DNA of 60,470 bases from an uncultured Veillonella sp. Its GTDB lineage: Bacteria; Bacillota; Negativicutes; Veillonellales; Veillonellaceae. Below, piece after piece: positions 49,165 through 60,105 of the stretch. Under the pieces are notes generated by a model. It did not search any database. It was not told the DNA's origin and worked only from the letters and a program-made list of their open reading frames with translations. The stretch spans positions 1 to 60,470 of the forward strand of contig NZ_CALLVP010000065.1 of assembly GCF_938010505.1 (NCBI RefSeq), read 5' to 3'. Numbering within the stretch: position 1 is the stretch's first letter; every line of letters starts with the position of its first letter. The position numbers and the translations under genes are program-made.

Positions 49165-49409
49165 AGTAAAACCTCCTAACAAAAAAGTACAAACGTATAA
49201 CTATTCACCTTTATACTAACACGGTACTATACATGGTTCAATGGTTTTCTATGCACTATGCGAATATAATATCTCACGCCCTATAAATAATTATTTTGCA
49301 TTTTTAGCGCCCCTGTTCTACAATGAAAGTATATTAAGAATCTCTATTATGTAACAGCATTGAATACTGCACTGTATAATACGTATGTTTACTTACGAGG
49401 AGGCTCATT

Positions 49410-50633
49410 ATGGAATCAATGGTCGAACGTTTTGTACGCTATACAAGCATAAATACACGGTCTAATGAGGAAAGTACAACCATTCCTAGTACTCAAACTC
49501 AAGTAGACTTTGCTATGAATGTGCTCGTTCCTGATTTAAAAGCAATCGGTTTAGATGAGGTTATTTACAATCGTGAAAATGGTTTTGTCATCGGTACGCT
49601 CAATGCTAATACAGATGAAAAAGCTCCTGCTATCGGCTTTATTGCGCATATGGATACAGCCGATTACAACGCTGAAAATATTAAGCCTCGCATCGTAGAA
49701 AACTATGATGGCGGTGATATTTGCCTTAACGAAGAACATCAAATCTTCACCCGTCGTGCAGATTTTCCAAATCTAAAAAATTATATTGGCAAATCCTTAG
49801 TTGTAACCGATGGTCTAACACTTCTTGGCGGTGATGACAAGGCAGGTATCTGCGAAATCATGGAAGCTCTCGCCTACCTCGTGGCTCACCCAGAAATTAA
49901 ACACGGTAAGATTATGTGTGCTTTCGGTCCAGACGAAGAAATCGGTACTGGTGCAGACCACTTTGATGTTAAACAATTCCCTGTGGACTATGCTTACACT
50001 ATCGATGGTGAAAGCTTGGGCCAACTTGAATACGAAACCTTTAATGCTGCAGGCGGTACCGTTACCCTTAAAGGCGTTTCGGTTCACACAGGCACAGCTA
50101 AAGGCATTATGATCAACTGTGCTAAATTAGCTATGCAATTCGATACTTTATTACCAGGAGCAGCCGTTCCTGAGCACACCTGTGGTCGCCAAGGTTTCTT
50201 TATGCTCATGAGCATGGAAACACAAGTAGATACTGGTAAAATGAATTACATTATCCGCGACCACGACAAGGAATTGTTCGAAGCGAAAAAAGCCTTTTTC
50301 CTACAAGCTGGCCAAACATTAAACGAAATTTATGGTCGCGAAGTATGTGAAGTGACTGTAAAAGACCAATACTACAACATGTACGATGTCATCAAAGACA
50401 ATATGGAATGCGTAAACGTAGCCAAAGCAGCTATGGAAAAGGCTGGCATTACACCTCTTTGCGATCCTATCCGCGGCGGCACAGATGGTTCCAAAATCTC
50501 CTTCATGGGTATTCCTACGCCAAATATTTTTACAGGTGTAGAAAATCTACATGGTCGTCATGAATTTGCATGTATCGATGATATGAAGAAAGCCGTTGAA
50601 GTTATCGTCAATATCGTAAATATTGAAAAATAA
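49410..50633 (+). CDS. pepT: Peptidase T (M20B tripeptidase)
   Basis: AHMDT, LLGGDDKAG, PDEEIG, ETFNAA, IRGGTDG. Confidence 0.95.
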   Translation: MESMVERFVRYTSINTRSNEESTTIPSTQTQVDFAMNVLVPDLKAIGLDEVIYNRENGFVIGTLNANTDEKAPAIGFIAHMDTADYNAENIKPRIVENYDGGDICLNEEHQIFTRRADFPNLKNYIGKSLVVTDGLTLLGGDDKAGICEIMEALAYLVAHPEIKHGKIMCAFGPDEEIGTGADHFDVKQFPVDYAYTIDGESLGQLEYETFNAAGGTVTLKGVSVHTGTAKGIMINCAKLAMQFDTLLPGAAVPEHTCGRQGFFMLMSMETQVDTGKMNYIIRDHDKELFEAKKAFFLQAGQTLNEIYGREVCEVTVKDQYYNMYDVIKDNMECVNVAKAAMEKAGITPLCDPIRGGTDGSKISFMGIPTPNIFTGVENLHGRHEFACIDDMKKAVEVIVNIVNIEK

Positions 50634-50772
50634 TAACATTAGTAAAGCAGTACTAAAATACATTTGTCGAATATTATATTAAACCCAAATGCTTTAACAA
50701 GCTTAAATCCTAAAATGAGCGCTAACATAAGAATAACTTCAGATGTTCAGACGTTAGAAAAAGTTAATACTC

Positions 50773-50811
50773 AAAAAGGACTATACGAATATCATTTCGT
50801 ATAGTCCTTTT
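50773..50811. terminator. Bidirectional terminator
   Basis: AAAAGGACTATACGAA / TTCGTATAGTCCTTTT. Confidence 0.8.
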
Positions 50812-50821
50812 AAGTTACATT

Positions 50822-52072
50822 TTACGCAAGCTTACTATTGCGTTTAAGATTTCTAATTTCTTCCTCTTCAGCACGAGCTTTTAGAGAAAGATCTTTTTCA
50901 GTCCCTACATAACGACCGTAAAATAAATAGTAAGCTACAAGCGCAAGGAGTGCTACTACAACAGTTACATGGAACATGCTAGTATAACCTACAACCTCTT
51001 TTATAGCACCTAAAATATATGGCCCAAAGCCAAGCCCCATATCCAATGCAATGAAATATGTAGATGTAGCGACCCCAATTCGGTGAACAGGCACAATTTT
51101 TACGGTTACCGCTTGACCGTTAGACATGAATGTACCATAACCAAGTCCAACAAATACAGCAGACAAAAGGACTAACCATGTAGAATGAGCAATTGATAAT
51201 AAGAAAATACCAAGCGCCAAAGATACAAAACAAGGATAAAGAACAAAGTTTTCCCCTTTCATATCAAAGAGAATGCCTAATAAAGGTCTTGTTATAGTAA
51301 TAACCACCGCATATACAACGAAGAAGAAGGTTCCCGCCATAATAAGATCTAAATCTTTTGTGTAGGCCGCCATAAATCCAATAACACCTGAGTACGCAAA
51401 GCCTACAAGTGCAGAAACAAGACTAATCGAGTTCATACGCGGTTCAATATAATCGGAAATTTTAATTCCCTTATGTACTTCGGAATCAATATTAAGCTTA
51501 GGTTCGTTAAACTTCATAATAACAGAGCCGATACCACAAAGAACAATGAGGCCTACACAGAACGCAATAATAAAATCATAACCAAAGTTATGAAGCATTA
51601 AAATACCTAAGAATGGACCTACAGCAGCAGCAAGAGATGTAGATAAGCCATAATAGTTAATACCTTCCCCACGGCGCGATATCGGAATAATAGCTGCTAC
51701 GATAGTACTTGTAGCTGTAGATGTAATACCATAAGCAAAGCCATTTAGGAAACGAACACTATCAAGAATCAACAAACTTGGTGTGTAAAAATACATCGCC
51801 GTCGAAATTAAGTAAATCAACAGCCCTAAATACAACATCTTACGACAGCCTAAAACACTTATAAACCGTCCCGCCAATAAGCGAGCTACAACGGTACCGA
51901 TAATATAAATACCAACCGCTAAACCAGCTTGGCTCGCCGTAGCATGCAGATTATCTTTTGCTACAACAGCAATAATAACGATCAGTAAATAGTAAATCAA
52001 AAATACTAAGAAATTAATCAAAGTATCGAGAACAAAAGATTTTGTCCATAAGGCATCGTTAGCCTTATCCAT
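50822..52072 (-). CDS. MFS transporter
   Basis: LWTKSF start, about 12 TMs, RRGEGINYY, G.ATSTY...D.G.G.GP. Confidence 0.9.
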   Translation of the reverse strand: MDKANDALWTKSFVLDTLINFLVFLIYYLLIVIIAVVAKDNLHATASQAGLAVGIYIIGTVVARLLAGRFISVLGCRKMLYLGLLIYLISTAMYFYTPSLLILDSVRFLNGFAYGITSTATSTIVAAIIPISRRGEGINYYGLSTSLAAAVGPFLGILMLHNFGYDFIIAFCVGLIVLCGIGSVIMKFNEPKLNIDSEVHKGIKISDYIEPRMNSISLVSALVGFAYSGVIGFMAAYTKDLDLIMAGTFFFVVYAVVITITRPLLGILFDMKGENFVLYPCFVSLALGIFLLSIAHSTWLVLLSAVFVGLGYGTFMSNGQAVTVKIVPVHRIGVATSTYFIALDMGLGFGPYILGAIKEVVGYTSMFHVTVVVALLALVAYYLFYGRYVGTEKDLSLKARAEEEEIRNLKRNSKLA

Positions 52073-52330
52073 AATATCAACTCCAGTTTCTGAAATAATT
52101 GTCAACCACTTTATGACAATGGTTAATTATAGACCTCTCATTTCAAAAAACAAGAATTAAATTGTTATATATCTTATAAATTTTATTAATAATAATCGCT
52201 ATGCAATTATATAGAACAAGTTATATGCCATTTTAAAAACTTATATAATTTTACGATAATAAAACACCTCTAATAATTAAGATGAGTCCAGAAGACCCAA
52301 AACTAACTATCAAAGGTGTTATTATTACAA

Positions 52331-52924
52331 TTATTTTGTTATTAATCCACAAGCTTTAAAAAAGTTCTTATACGCTTCAGCCTTTTTCGCTAGGCTCAAT
52401 GGATAAGCCCGCGATGTAGATGGCAATCGTGTTAACGTTAACTCACGACCGTTAAACACATAGGGTATAGTTTCACCAGTTTTAGGTAACTTTACCTTCT
52501 CCTGTAAAAGGCTTAGCAATACTTCTGTAGCCTTACCACCAGTAGTGCCGATATGTTTACATTCTGGAACTTGTTTTAATACCTCAGCGAGAGGTACAGG
52601 CTCAACTACTTTCAAAAAGGCATCGGATGCATTCCCCTTTTCTCGGATTGCTTTTAAAACCGTAGGACATGAGGCGATGCCAATTTCAGATAAAAAAGAT
52701 TTTATCTTGTCCGCATCAAAAGCCTTTTCCTCTCCTTTTCTAAAGTAATCCTTATCGTCAAAGAATACGATACCATACACACGCCACATATCATTTAGAA
52801 AGTTAGGATAGTGAAATTCCATAGATCGTTTTTCAGAAGCTGGCGGGAATGTTCCCATCGTCATTACCGTCGCATTCTTCGGTAAGAATGGCGGAAATGG
52901 CCGTGTTTCAATTATGTCTGCCAC
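52331..52924 (-). CDS. Uracil-DNA glycosylase-like superfamily protein
   Basis: PF.PF...., GTFPP, HYPNF.NDMWR, LPSTSRAY motifs. Confidence 0.8.
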   Translation of the reverse strand: MADIIETRPFPPFLPKNATVMTMGTFPPASEKRSMEFHYPNFLNDMWRVYGIVFFDDKDYFRKGEEKAFDADKIKSFLSEIGIASCPTVLKAIREKGNASDAFLKVVEPVPLAEVLKQVPECKHIGTTGGKATEVLLSLLQEKVKLPKTGETIPYVFNGRELTLTRLPSTSRAYPLSLAKKAEAYKNFFKACGLITK

Positions 52925-53084
52925 TGATCATCAACTCCTTTCACAATCTATTATGAACTGAACGTTCAATATAACAAATGAGCTATGTCACATATAGCAA
53001 ATACCATAACCAAACCATATTAATGACTAGTTTACGCTAATTACAAAGGCATTCTAAAGGCCAAAGCAATGTAACTATAACCTA

Positions 53085-54023
53085 TTATTGACCAATTGGT
53101 CGAGATACCAATGTATTGATATGGTCAAAACCAACTGGTGTTGGGGATACGAGGTACAAACATACTACAGCCGCCACGGCAAAGCCAATGGCCAAGTATG
53201 AGAAGCTACCATTACGAGGGAATTCATACAAGCCAAACATACGAATACCGATAGCTGCACCAATGGCCGTAATCAAAGACGGTATAGAGAAAATGTTATA
53301 AAAGCCGAACACTACCATAAGCCCTGCGTAGCCACCTACTACAGTAACCATAGGCAACATGCGATCCATTGGATTTGGAATAGATCGCGTAAGTGCAGCT
53401 GGATAATACGAAGCTTCTACACCAAACATGCCTAAAAATATATTAAAATCAGCCCAAATGATGTCCCATGCACTTCTAAAAGCATCTCTATGATTACCGG
53501 CATACCATGTAAAACCTGTAATGATTAAAATAGCTAAGCCTGCACAGATAAAGTAGTATTCACTAGGAATTTTAGGACCTGCATAAGCACCTACAGCTGT
53601 TACAACAGCACTCAAAATAGATGTTACTATTACGCGTTGTAAACGAGGACGTTTATTTTCAGGAATGCGCTTATACACAGTAGCCAATAATTCTAAAACG
53701 AAGCAAGCCATAAAGATAGCAATGCCTGCAGCAGGAACAAAGAAGGCACTCACCAAACTCAAAATGAAGGGAATGCACAAACGCCATTTAGGGAATAATA
53801 CAAGATCTTTATAATCTAAACGAACATCTTGTGTCTCCATAGTGAAGTTGTTGTACACCACAAAGAGCAGCATGAAGGCGATTGCATCAATGGCAGTAGC
53901 CCCCCAAATCAATAAGGTTGGCACTACAACCATAGACAAGGCTACCCCAGAAAGGCGAGATAAGCCAGCAGCCACTAAGCCCAGTAATAAAAATGGTGTT
54001 AAAGCAGATATAATTTCGAGCAT
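53085..54023 (-). CDS. Polytopic membrane protein (possibly TauE/SafE-like)
   Basis: About 9 hydrophobic segments; SD GGGAGG; N-terminal G..A..LS..SG......VP.L pattern. Confidence 0.7.
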   Translation of the reverse strand: MLEIISALTPFLLLGLVAAGLSRLSGVALSMVVVPTLLIWGATAIDAIAFMLLFVVYNNFTMETQDVRLDYKDLVLFPKWRLCIPFILSLVSAFFVPAAGIAIFMACFVLELLATVYKRIPENKRPRLQRVIVTSILSAVVTAVGAYAGPKIPSEYYFICAGLAILIITGFTWYAGNHRDAFRSAWDIIWADFNIFLGMFGVEASYYPAALTRSIPNPMDRMLPMVTVVGGYAGLMVVFGFYNIFSIPSLITAIGAAIGIRMFGLYEFPRNGSFSYLAIGFAVAAVVCLYLVSPTPVGFDHINTLVSRPIGQ

Positions 54024-54077
54024 AATATTCCTCCCATCATTGTATAAATTTAAGTATATAGTATCTACTACACTACA

Positions 54078-54809
54078 TCAAGGAGAGATATATTTTTTCA
54101 TAGCTAACCGCTTTCGCACGGCAGAGGTAGAGCAGCCCATCACCTGTGCAATCTTTGCAACTCCACACCCTTGAGCACGGAGCTTTTTTATCTTATTTTC
54201 GTCTAGATCAAGAGAATTCGCTCTGATTTCTACACCTTGTTCTCGCAAATACATTGCCACTGTAGAACCACGAATCCCATAAGCTAGACCAATGTCATCT
54301 GTACTCATGCGATGATGAGTATATAAATATGCCATTTCCTCTACTCGTAAAGGCTTTCGAGCTTTAGGTGTCAAACAAATCCCCATATGCCGCAATACAT
54401 GGTGAACTTTCCATCGCGATATACCATACATGTGTGCAATGGTATCTGTACTATTTCCACTTTTATAGGCCCTACATATACGCACCACATCTATGGAGAC
54501 ATTCTTATTAGACCGCTGACAGGCCAATCCATATTCTTTCAATCGGTTTGCCATCGTCGTAATAGACACGTCATAACGTTTTGCTAGTGAATGGAGCGAC
54601 CACTTACCGGTCTCATATAAAGCTTGTACGTGGACCATATTGATTTCTTTCTTCAGAGGCCTCCTCTTGATATCATACGCTTTCATACGGCGCATTATAG
54701 TATCAACACTGCATTGAAAATAGTCTGCCACATCCCGAACGCTCCACTGCTTCTCTATATATAATTGTTTCAATAAATCTTTTGGTATAACACGCACATT
54801 ACGATACAT
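54078..54809 (-). CDS. Protein with five tandem HTH repeats
   Basis: Repeated LY...G.S...IA..YG.S..T....L...G units of about 46 aa; SD AAGGAAAGG. Confidence 0.8.
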   Translation of the reverse strand: MYRNVRVIPKDLLKQLYIEKQWSVRDVADYFQCSVDTIMRRMKAYDIKRRPLKKEINMVHVQALYETGKWSLHSLAKRYDVSITTMANRLKEYGLACQRSNKNVSIDVVRICRAYKSGNSTDTIAHMYGISRWKVHHVLRHMGICLTPKARKPLRVEEMAYLYTHHRMSTDDIGLAYGIRGSTVAMYLREQGVEIRANSLDLDENKIKKLRAQGCGVAKIAQVMGCSTSAVRKRLAMKKYISP

Positions 54810-54880
54810 AATTTTACCTTTCCTTATGAACGAACTCCTTTCTCTATTATTGTGAAAGTTTCATCAAGAAAAAACAACAG

Positions 54881-54927
54881 AAAAGAGGTTCCTAATAGTC
54901 ACATAGGTGACCAATAGGAACCTCTTT
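54881..54927 (-). terminator. floA operon terminator
   Basis: AAAGAGGTTCCTA / TAGGAACCTCTTT long hairpin. Confidence 0.75.
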
Positions 54928-55064
54928 CAATATGTAATTATATGCACCACATTAGGATGTGTGTCAGTATGGTTGCTATACCACATCAATGTACAATCCG
55001 CTATTATTATTTATTTTCCAATAAAACCATAATCAATTTATATGTTTATAAATAGATTACTTCA

Positions 55065-55706
55065 TTAGCGGTATCTACGTTCAAGAGCCTTAGGTTTACT
55101 TAAAATAATAGACCATTTCATACCCTCTTTTAGAGCATGATTGGTTTTTCTAACACGAGTCGGAGTTACAGCCGAAGCAGTTGTAACACTTACATTATCG
55201 AGAAGAACATGGCCCTCTTTAGAGGCCTTATCTCGTTTAAACTCAGCTAGTCTTTCACTTAAGGTCGGACCCGTAACAGCTTCTCTATCTAAGCGAGTCT
55301 TATTTGTAGTATAACTTGGAGTGCTACTGGAACTTTTCGTTGATAAGGCTTCAATATCTCGTTGAGCTGCTGCAGCCTCTTCATTGAAATGTATGTCCTC
55401 CATAGTTTGTGATGGAGCTTCTGGTTGATGATTTAGAATCGGTTTATCTTCATAAAGGTCCCGATAAAAGTCATCAGCCTTAGACAAATCATCCACAGAA
55501 GGTTCATCTACCTTGCGCTCTATAGATATGCCATATTCGCGTTCCATGTCTTCCCAAGTTCCCACTGTTCCTGAGCTGACCTGCTCATCTGACTCTTCTG
55601 TTTTCTTGCCTTTCAAAACAGAAAAAGCAATATACGCGATGATACCTAACACAAATATAGGATTATGCTCAAAGATGGATAGCACTGAAGACAAAATAGA
55701 GTCCAT
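55065..55706 (-). CDS. YqfB-like hypothetical protein
   Basis: N-terminal TM; C-terminal EGMKWSIILSKPKA motif; directly downstream of floA. Confidence 0.7.
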   Translation of the reverse strand: MDSILSSVLSIFEHNPIFVLGIIAYIAFSVLKGKKTEESDEQVSSGTVGTWEDMEREYGISIERKVDEPSVDDLSKADDFYRDLYEDKPILNHQPEAPSQTMEDIHFNEEAAAAQRDIEALSTKSSSSTPSYTTNKTRLDREAVTGPTLSERLAEFKRDKASKEGHVLLDNVSVTTASAVTPTRVRKTNHALKEGMKWSIILSKPKALERRYR

Positions 55707-55714
55707 AGCTACTC

Positions 55715-56683
55715 CTATTCACTATCTGCTAAGTTTTCACGCATTTTAGTGTCTGCAATAATATTGTTCATATTGTAGTAATCCATAACGCCAAGATTAC
55801 CATTTCTAAAAGCCTCTGCCAACGCTTTTGGAACTTCAGCTTGTGCTTCCACAACCTTAGCTTGCATGTCTTGTGTTTTAGCACGCATTTCTTGTTCTGT
55901 AGCAACAGCCATTGCACGGCGTTCTTCGGCACGAGCTTGAGCGATTTTCTTATCGGCTTCGGCTTGGTCAGTTTGCAATTGAGCACCGATATTACGTCCT
56001 ACGTCTACGTCAGCGATATCAATGGATAAGATTTCAAAAGCAGTACCTGCATCAAGACCCTTACCCAATACAGTACGAGAGATATGATCTGGATTTTCCA
56101 ATACATCTGTATGCTCTTCAGAGGAACCTACGGTCGTAACGATACCTTCACCTACGCGGGCGATAATTGTAGCCTCACCTGCACCACCAACGAGGCGATC
56201 GATATTAGCACGTACAGTTACACGAGCACGAACTTTCAACTCGATACCATTTTTTGCTACCGCAGAGATAATTGGAGTTTCAATAACTTTAGGATTAACG
56301 GACATTTGAACCGCTTCCAATACATCACGACCTGCGAGATCGATGGCTGCGGAACGTTCAAAGGTCAAAGGAATAGATGCGCGTTCAGCGGCAATCAAAG
56401 CGTCTACAACGCGGTCAACGTCACCACCGGCAAGGTAATGCGCTTCCAACTGATTTACATTCACATCAAGACCCGCTTTATTAGCTTTAATCAAAGGCAT
56501 TACGATTTGAGACGGATTTACACGACGTAAGCGCATACCTACAAGTGTAAAAATACCAACGTTAACGCCTGCTGCTAGAGCAGATACCCAAAGTCCTAAT
56601 GGCACAACATATAAGAATACCATAATACCAATCAGCAAAATGGGAATCAAAATTAAAATACCTACATCCATAATAACCTCCAT
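55715..56683 (-). CDS. floA: Flotillin-like protein FloA (YqfA)
   Basis: [42 protein letters not shown]. Confidence 0.95.
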   Translation of the reverse strand: MEVIMDVGILILIPILLIGIMVFLYVVPLGLWVSALAAGVNVGIFTLVGMRLRRVNPSQIVMPLIKANKAGLDVNVNQLEAHYLAGGDVDRVVDALIAAERASIPLTFERSAAIDLAGRDVLEAVQMSVNPKVIETPIISAVAKNGIELKVRARVTVRANIDRLVGGAGEATIIARVGEGIVTTVGSSEEHTDVLENPDHISRTVLGKGLDAGTAFEILSIDIADVDVGRNIGAQLQTDQAEADKKIAQARAEERRAMAVATEQEMRAKTQDMQAKVVEAQAEVPKALAEAFRNGNLGVMDYYNMNNIIADTKMRENLADSE

Positions 56684-56707
56684 TATTTACAACGATGTTG
56701 TGAAAAC

Positions 56708-57172
56708 TTAATCACGCTTTCTAACAATATTGCGGCCACCTACAACGCGAAGTACCACAATAGGTGAACCGGCATCGATGAAGTCACCTTCGGTTACAAC
56801 ATCTACCAAATTACCATTAATTTTAGCAATACCTGCAGGGCGCAGTGTTGTATGAGCTACGCCTTCCTTGCCAGCCAAATCTTCTAATACATCATTAGAT
56901 ACATAACCAGCTTTTGTCGTAGATCGTTGCCCTAAGGTAAACAACTTACCTATCCAAGTCTTTTCAAAGTGATTAAAGAACACGATGATAATGACAATTA
57001 ACAAGGCTGTTAATCCTAGCACGGCATACAATGCTACTGTGCCTTCCCCAAGAGCTACATAAACGCCCCACAGGAATGCGCAATAACCGATAAGACCTAA
57101 AATACCGCCTGGTACTACGAGTTCTACCGCCATCAAGGCAACGCCGATAGCCATCCATATCAAAAACTCCAT
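56708..57172 (-). CDS. NfeD-family protein (short form)
   Basis: ELVVPGG TM region; C-terminal OB fold T.LRPAG...DVVTEG.FI. Confidence 0.9.
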   Translation of the reverse strand: MEFLIWMAIGVALMAVELVVPGGILGLIGYCAFLWGVYVALGEGTVALYAVLGLTALLIVIIIVFFNHFEKTWIGKLFTLGQRSTTKAGYVSNDVLEDLAGKEGVAHTTLRPAGIAKINGNLVDVVTEGDFIDAGSPIVVLRVVGGRNIVRKRD

Positions 57173-57368
57173 AGGCCCTCCTCTCTTGAATTAATTTTAT
57201 ACAACTTATATGTTCATTATACAATATTGAGGATAAATTATAAAGACACTAAATAAAAACGACTACTTACTTAGGTACAACCTAATTCAGTAGTCGTTTA
57301 TTTTGTGTACAAATCAACTTACTTTATAATCTCAAGATTCTACTCCAAGATTTTAAAGACCTATGATA

Positions 57369-58652
57369 TTATACTTCTGTTTTTTTCAATTGATCGTTGC
57401 CAACACCTGTTTTTTGAAGGATTAACAAGCTAATGCTCATAGCCATGCCTACTACGGTGGCAAGGCCCATCCCTTTTAATACAACAGGACCAACCGCGAG
57501 TTCTGCACCGCTAAGACCTACCACAAGGATGACGGATGTAAGAATCATATTAACAGGATTTGTGTAGTCTACTTTACGTTCTACAAGCATACGCAAGCCA
57601 GATGCTGCGATGATACCGAACAATAAAATAGATACACCACCCATAACAGGTACCGGAATAGCATGAATAAGAGCTGCTACTTTACCTACAAAGGACACAA
57701 TCATCGCTAAAACTGCAGCACCACCGATTACCCATACACTGAAGCAACGAGTGATAGCAAGTACGCCGATGTTTTCACCATATGTCGTATTTGGTGTAGC
57801 ACCGAAGAAACCAGAAAGAATATTTGCAAGGCCATCACCAAGCAATGATCTTTGTAGACCAGGTTCTTTCATCAAATCTCTGGCAACGATGTTACTAGTT
57901 ACAACCAAGTGACCAACGTGCTCAGCAAATACTACAAAGAGTGCCGGCATAATCATGATGATTGCATTGATATCAAATACAGGCATACCGTAGAACTGTG
58001 GCAAGGAGAACCAAGGAGCAGCTTCTACACTAGAGAAGTCAACAACCCCCATCACAGCGGACAATACATAACCGGAAACAACACCGATAAGCACAGGAAT
58101 AACCGCTAAGAAGCCACGGAACACAACTGTGCCAAGCAAGGTAACAACTAAGGAAAACATAGAGATAATAATAGCTTGGCTATGGCTCATGCCTAAGTCT
58201 TGATTGCCGATAAGGCCAGACATACTCATCGCTACTGGTGCTAATTCCAAGCCGATAATAGCTACGATAGCCCCCATAGCTGCGGGTGGGAATAGCTTAT
58301 CAATCCAACGCGTACCAATATAACGGACGAGAACTGATAAAATTACAAAAGATAGACCAAATATAACGAAGGCGCCCTTTGCTGCTTCATAACCAAGGCC
58401 TGCAGATAATACACCTGCTACAGGCGCGATAAAGGCGAAGCTGGAACCAAGATATGCAGGAATCTTACCTTTACACACGAACAAATATAGTAATGTACCG
58501 ATACCATTCATAAACAATGCCGTTGCAGGATCTACTTTCAATAAATATGGCACCAATACAGTAGAACCAAACATAGCAAATAAATGTTGAAAGCTAAGTG
58601 GCAACATTTGGCCCCATGACGGGCGTTCTTGAATATCAATATAATCTTTCAT
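57369..58652 (-). CDS. uraA: Uracil permease (NCS2)
   Basis: QHLFAMFG, YLGSSFAF, EHVGH, TTYGENIGV. Confidence 0.93.
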   Translation of the reverse strand: MKDYIDIQERPSWGQMLPLSFQHLFAMFGSTVLVPYLLKVDPATALFMNGIGTLLYLFVCKGKIPAYLGSSFAFIAPVAGVLSAGLGYEAAKGAFVIFGLSFVILSVLVRYIGTRWIDKLFPPAAMGAIVAIIGLELAPVAMSMSGLIGNQDLGMSHSQAIIISMFSLVVTLLGTVVFRGFLAVIPVLIGVVSGYVLSAVMGVVDFSSVEAAPWFSLPQFYGMPVFDINAIIMIMPALFVVFAEHVGHLVVTSNIVARDLMKEPGLQRSLLGDGLANILSGFFGATPNTTYGENIGVLAITRCFSVWVIGGAAVLAMIVSFVGKVAALIHAIPVPVMGGVSILLFGIIAASGLRMLVERKVDYTNPVNMILTSVILVVGLSGAELAVGPVVLKGMGLATVVGMAMSISLLILQKTGVGNDQLKKTEV

Positions 58653-58760
58653 CTTTTTTCCTCACACAATATAACGATACTGAGCTCATATGGTACACCC
58701 CTTAGGTATACCATATAAATTCACACAATTAGAATTAGCTTAAGATATATACGTTAAACC

Positions 58761-60104
58761 TCAACGTTCAGTTCTAGTTGTTCTACGAGCCGGTCTTTTA
58801 TTCGCTCGTGGTTTGAACGGGCCAGGCATATTTGGCTTATTAGTACGCTTTGGAGCAGCAGGCTTAAAACGACTTTGTGTTTCTTCACGTAAAGACGGCA
58901 AATCCTCAACTGTACCAACTTGCTTTACACCCTCTACATTGCGACGACCTATGCTCGCTAATAAACCGATAGCCATGAAATTCATCAACAATGAAGAGCC
59001 ACCATAGCTAACAAATGGCAATGGCACACCCGTTACAGGCATAATACCGCAAACCATGGCAATATTAAACAAGGCCTGTCCACTGATGAGCAATGTTATA
59101 CCCATCGCTAACCATTTTCCAAATTCATCACGAGCCTTATTAGAAATGCGGAATCCAAAATAGGTAAAAGCAGCAACCAAAACGACAACAAACACTGCGC
59201 CAAGGAAGCCCATTTCTTGAGCCCATACAGCAAAGGCAAAGTCCGTATGTGCTTCTGGCAAGTAAAAATACTTAGACGTACCTTGCATGAAGCCCTCGCC
59301 AAGAATACCACCAGAGCCTACCGCTAATAAACCTTGAACTGTTTGGTAGCCCATATCTTGCGCATGAGGCCAAGGATCAAACCAAGACTGAATACGTTCC
59401 CAACGATACGGCGACATACGGGCCGCAATAAAACCTAGAAAACCAGCTACTGCAAAAGCTCCGCCAAAAAATTTTCCATCAAAGCCTGCTAAATAAATCA
59501 GCACAAAGGAAAAGCCAAAGATTAGTACAGTAGTACCCATATCTGGTTGCAAGATCGTTAAAATTGCGAATATAATTGGCCAGATTAGCATTGGTAGCAT
59601 ATAGCCTACACGCTCACTAAAATATCCTTGTAAATTAATGAGTGGATTAGTATGCCTTGGTTTTCCCCATTTTCGCATAGTACTCAATTTAGCCGACGTC
59701 CATATTAAGGCTGCTAATTTCGCAAATTCTGAAGGCTGTATCGATACGGGGCCAATAACAATCCAACGACGTGCACCATTAATAACAGCACCAACCGCGA
59801 GAACCAAGATCATACCAATTAGTGTAGCAATCATAATTCTTTGCAACATGTGAGGTTTCTGTAACTGACGATAATCATATCGATACAAAATAACGCCTAC
59901 CGCCATAGACAAAAGCAAAAACGTCATGTGCTTTAAAAAGTAGCCTAATAATCCCGTATTTTCATAGATAGAACTGATATAAGTAGCACTAAAGATATTT
60001 ACACTGCCTATAATTGTAATGAGAAGAATAGATAAGAGCATACCTTGTAAGTCATTTTTAAAGAGTGAGCCCCACCGACTATCCCCCTTATTCGGTGTTT
60101 CCAT
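58761..60104 (-). CDS. ftsW: SEDS-family peptidoglycan glycosyltransferase (FtsW/RodA)
   Basis: GARRWI, QPSEFAK, QPDMGT, LPEAHTDF, P.TGVPLPFVSYGGSS. Confidence 0.85.
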   Translation of the reverse strand: METPNKGDSRWGSLFKNDLQGMLLSILLITIIGSVNIFSATYISSIYENTGLLGYFLKHMTFLLLSMAVGVILYRYDYRQLQKPHMLQRIMIATLIGMILVLAVGAVINGARRWIVIGPVSIQPSEFAKLAALIWTSAKLSTMRKWGKPRHTNPLINLQGYFSERVGYMLPMLIWPIIFAILTILQPDMGTTVLIFGFSFVLIYLAGFDGKFFGGAFAVAGFLGFIAARMSPYRWERIQSWFDPWPHAQDMGYQTVQGLLAVGSGGILGEGFMQGTSKYFYLPEAHTDFAFAVWAQEMGFLGAVFVVVLVAAFTYFGFRISNKARDEFGKWLAMGITLLISGQALFNIAMVCGIMPVTGVPLPFVSYGGSSLLMNFMAIGLLASIGRRNVEGVKQVGTVEDLPSLREETQSRFKPAAPKRTNKPNMPGPFKPRANKRPARRTTRTER

Positions 60105-60105
60105 G

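Noticed and set aside
54930..55002. SAM-I riboswitch (GCAACC...GGUGC present)
   Set aside because: Lacks the AUC-AGAG P1/P2 core and pseudoknot; gene context unrelated
58653..58760. PyrR attenuator upstream of uraA
   Set aside because: No CUUUAA/AGUCCAGAGAGGCU binding loop and no U-tailed terminator
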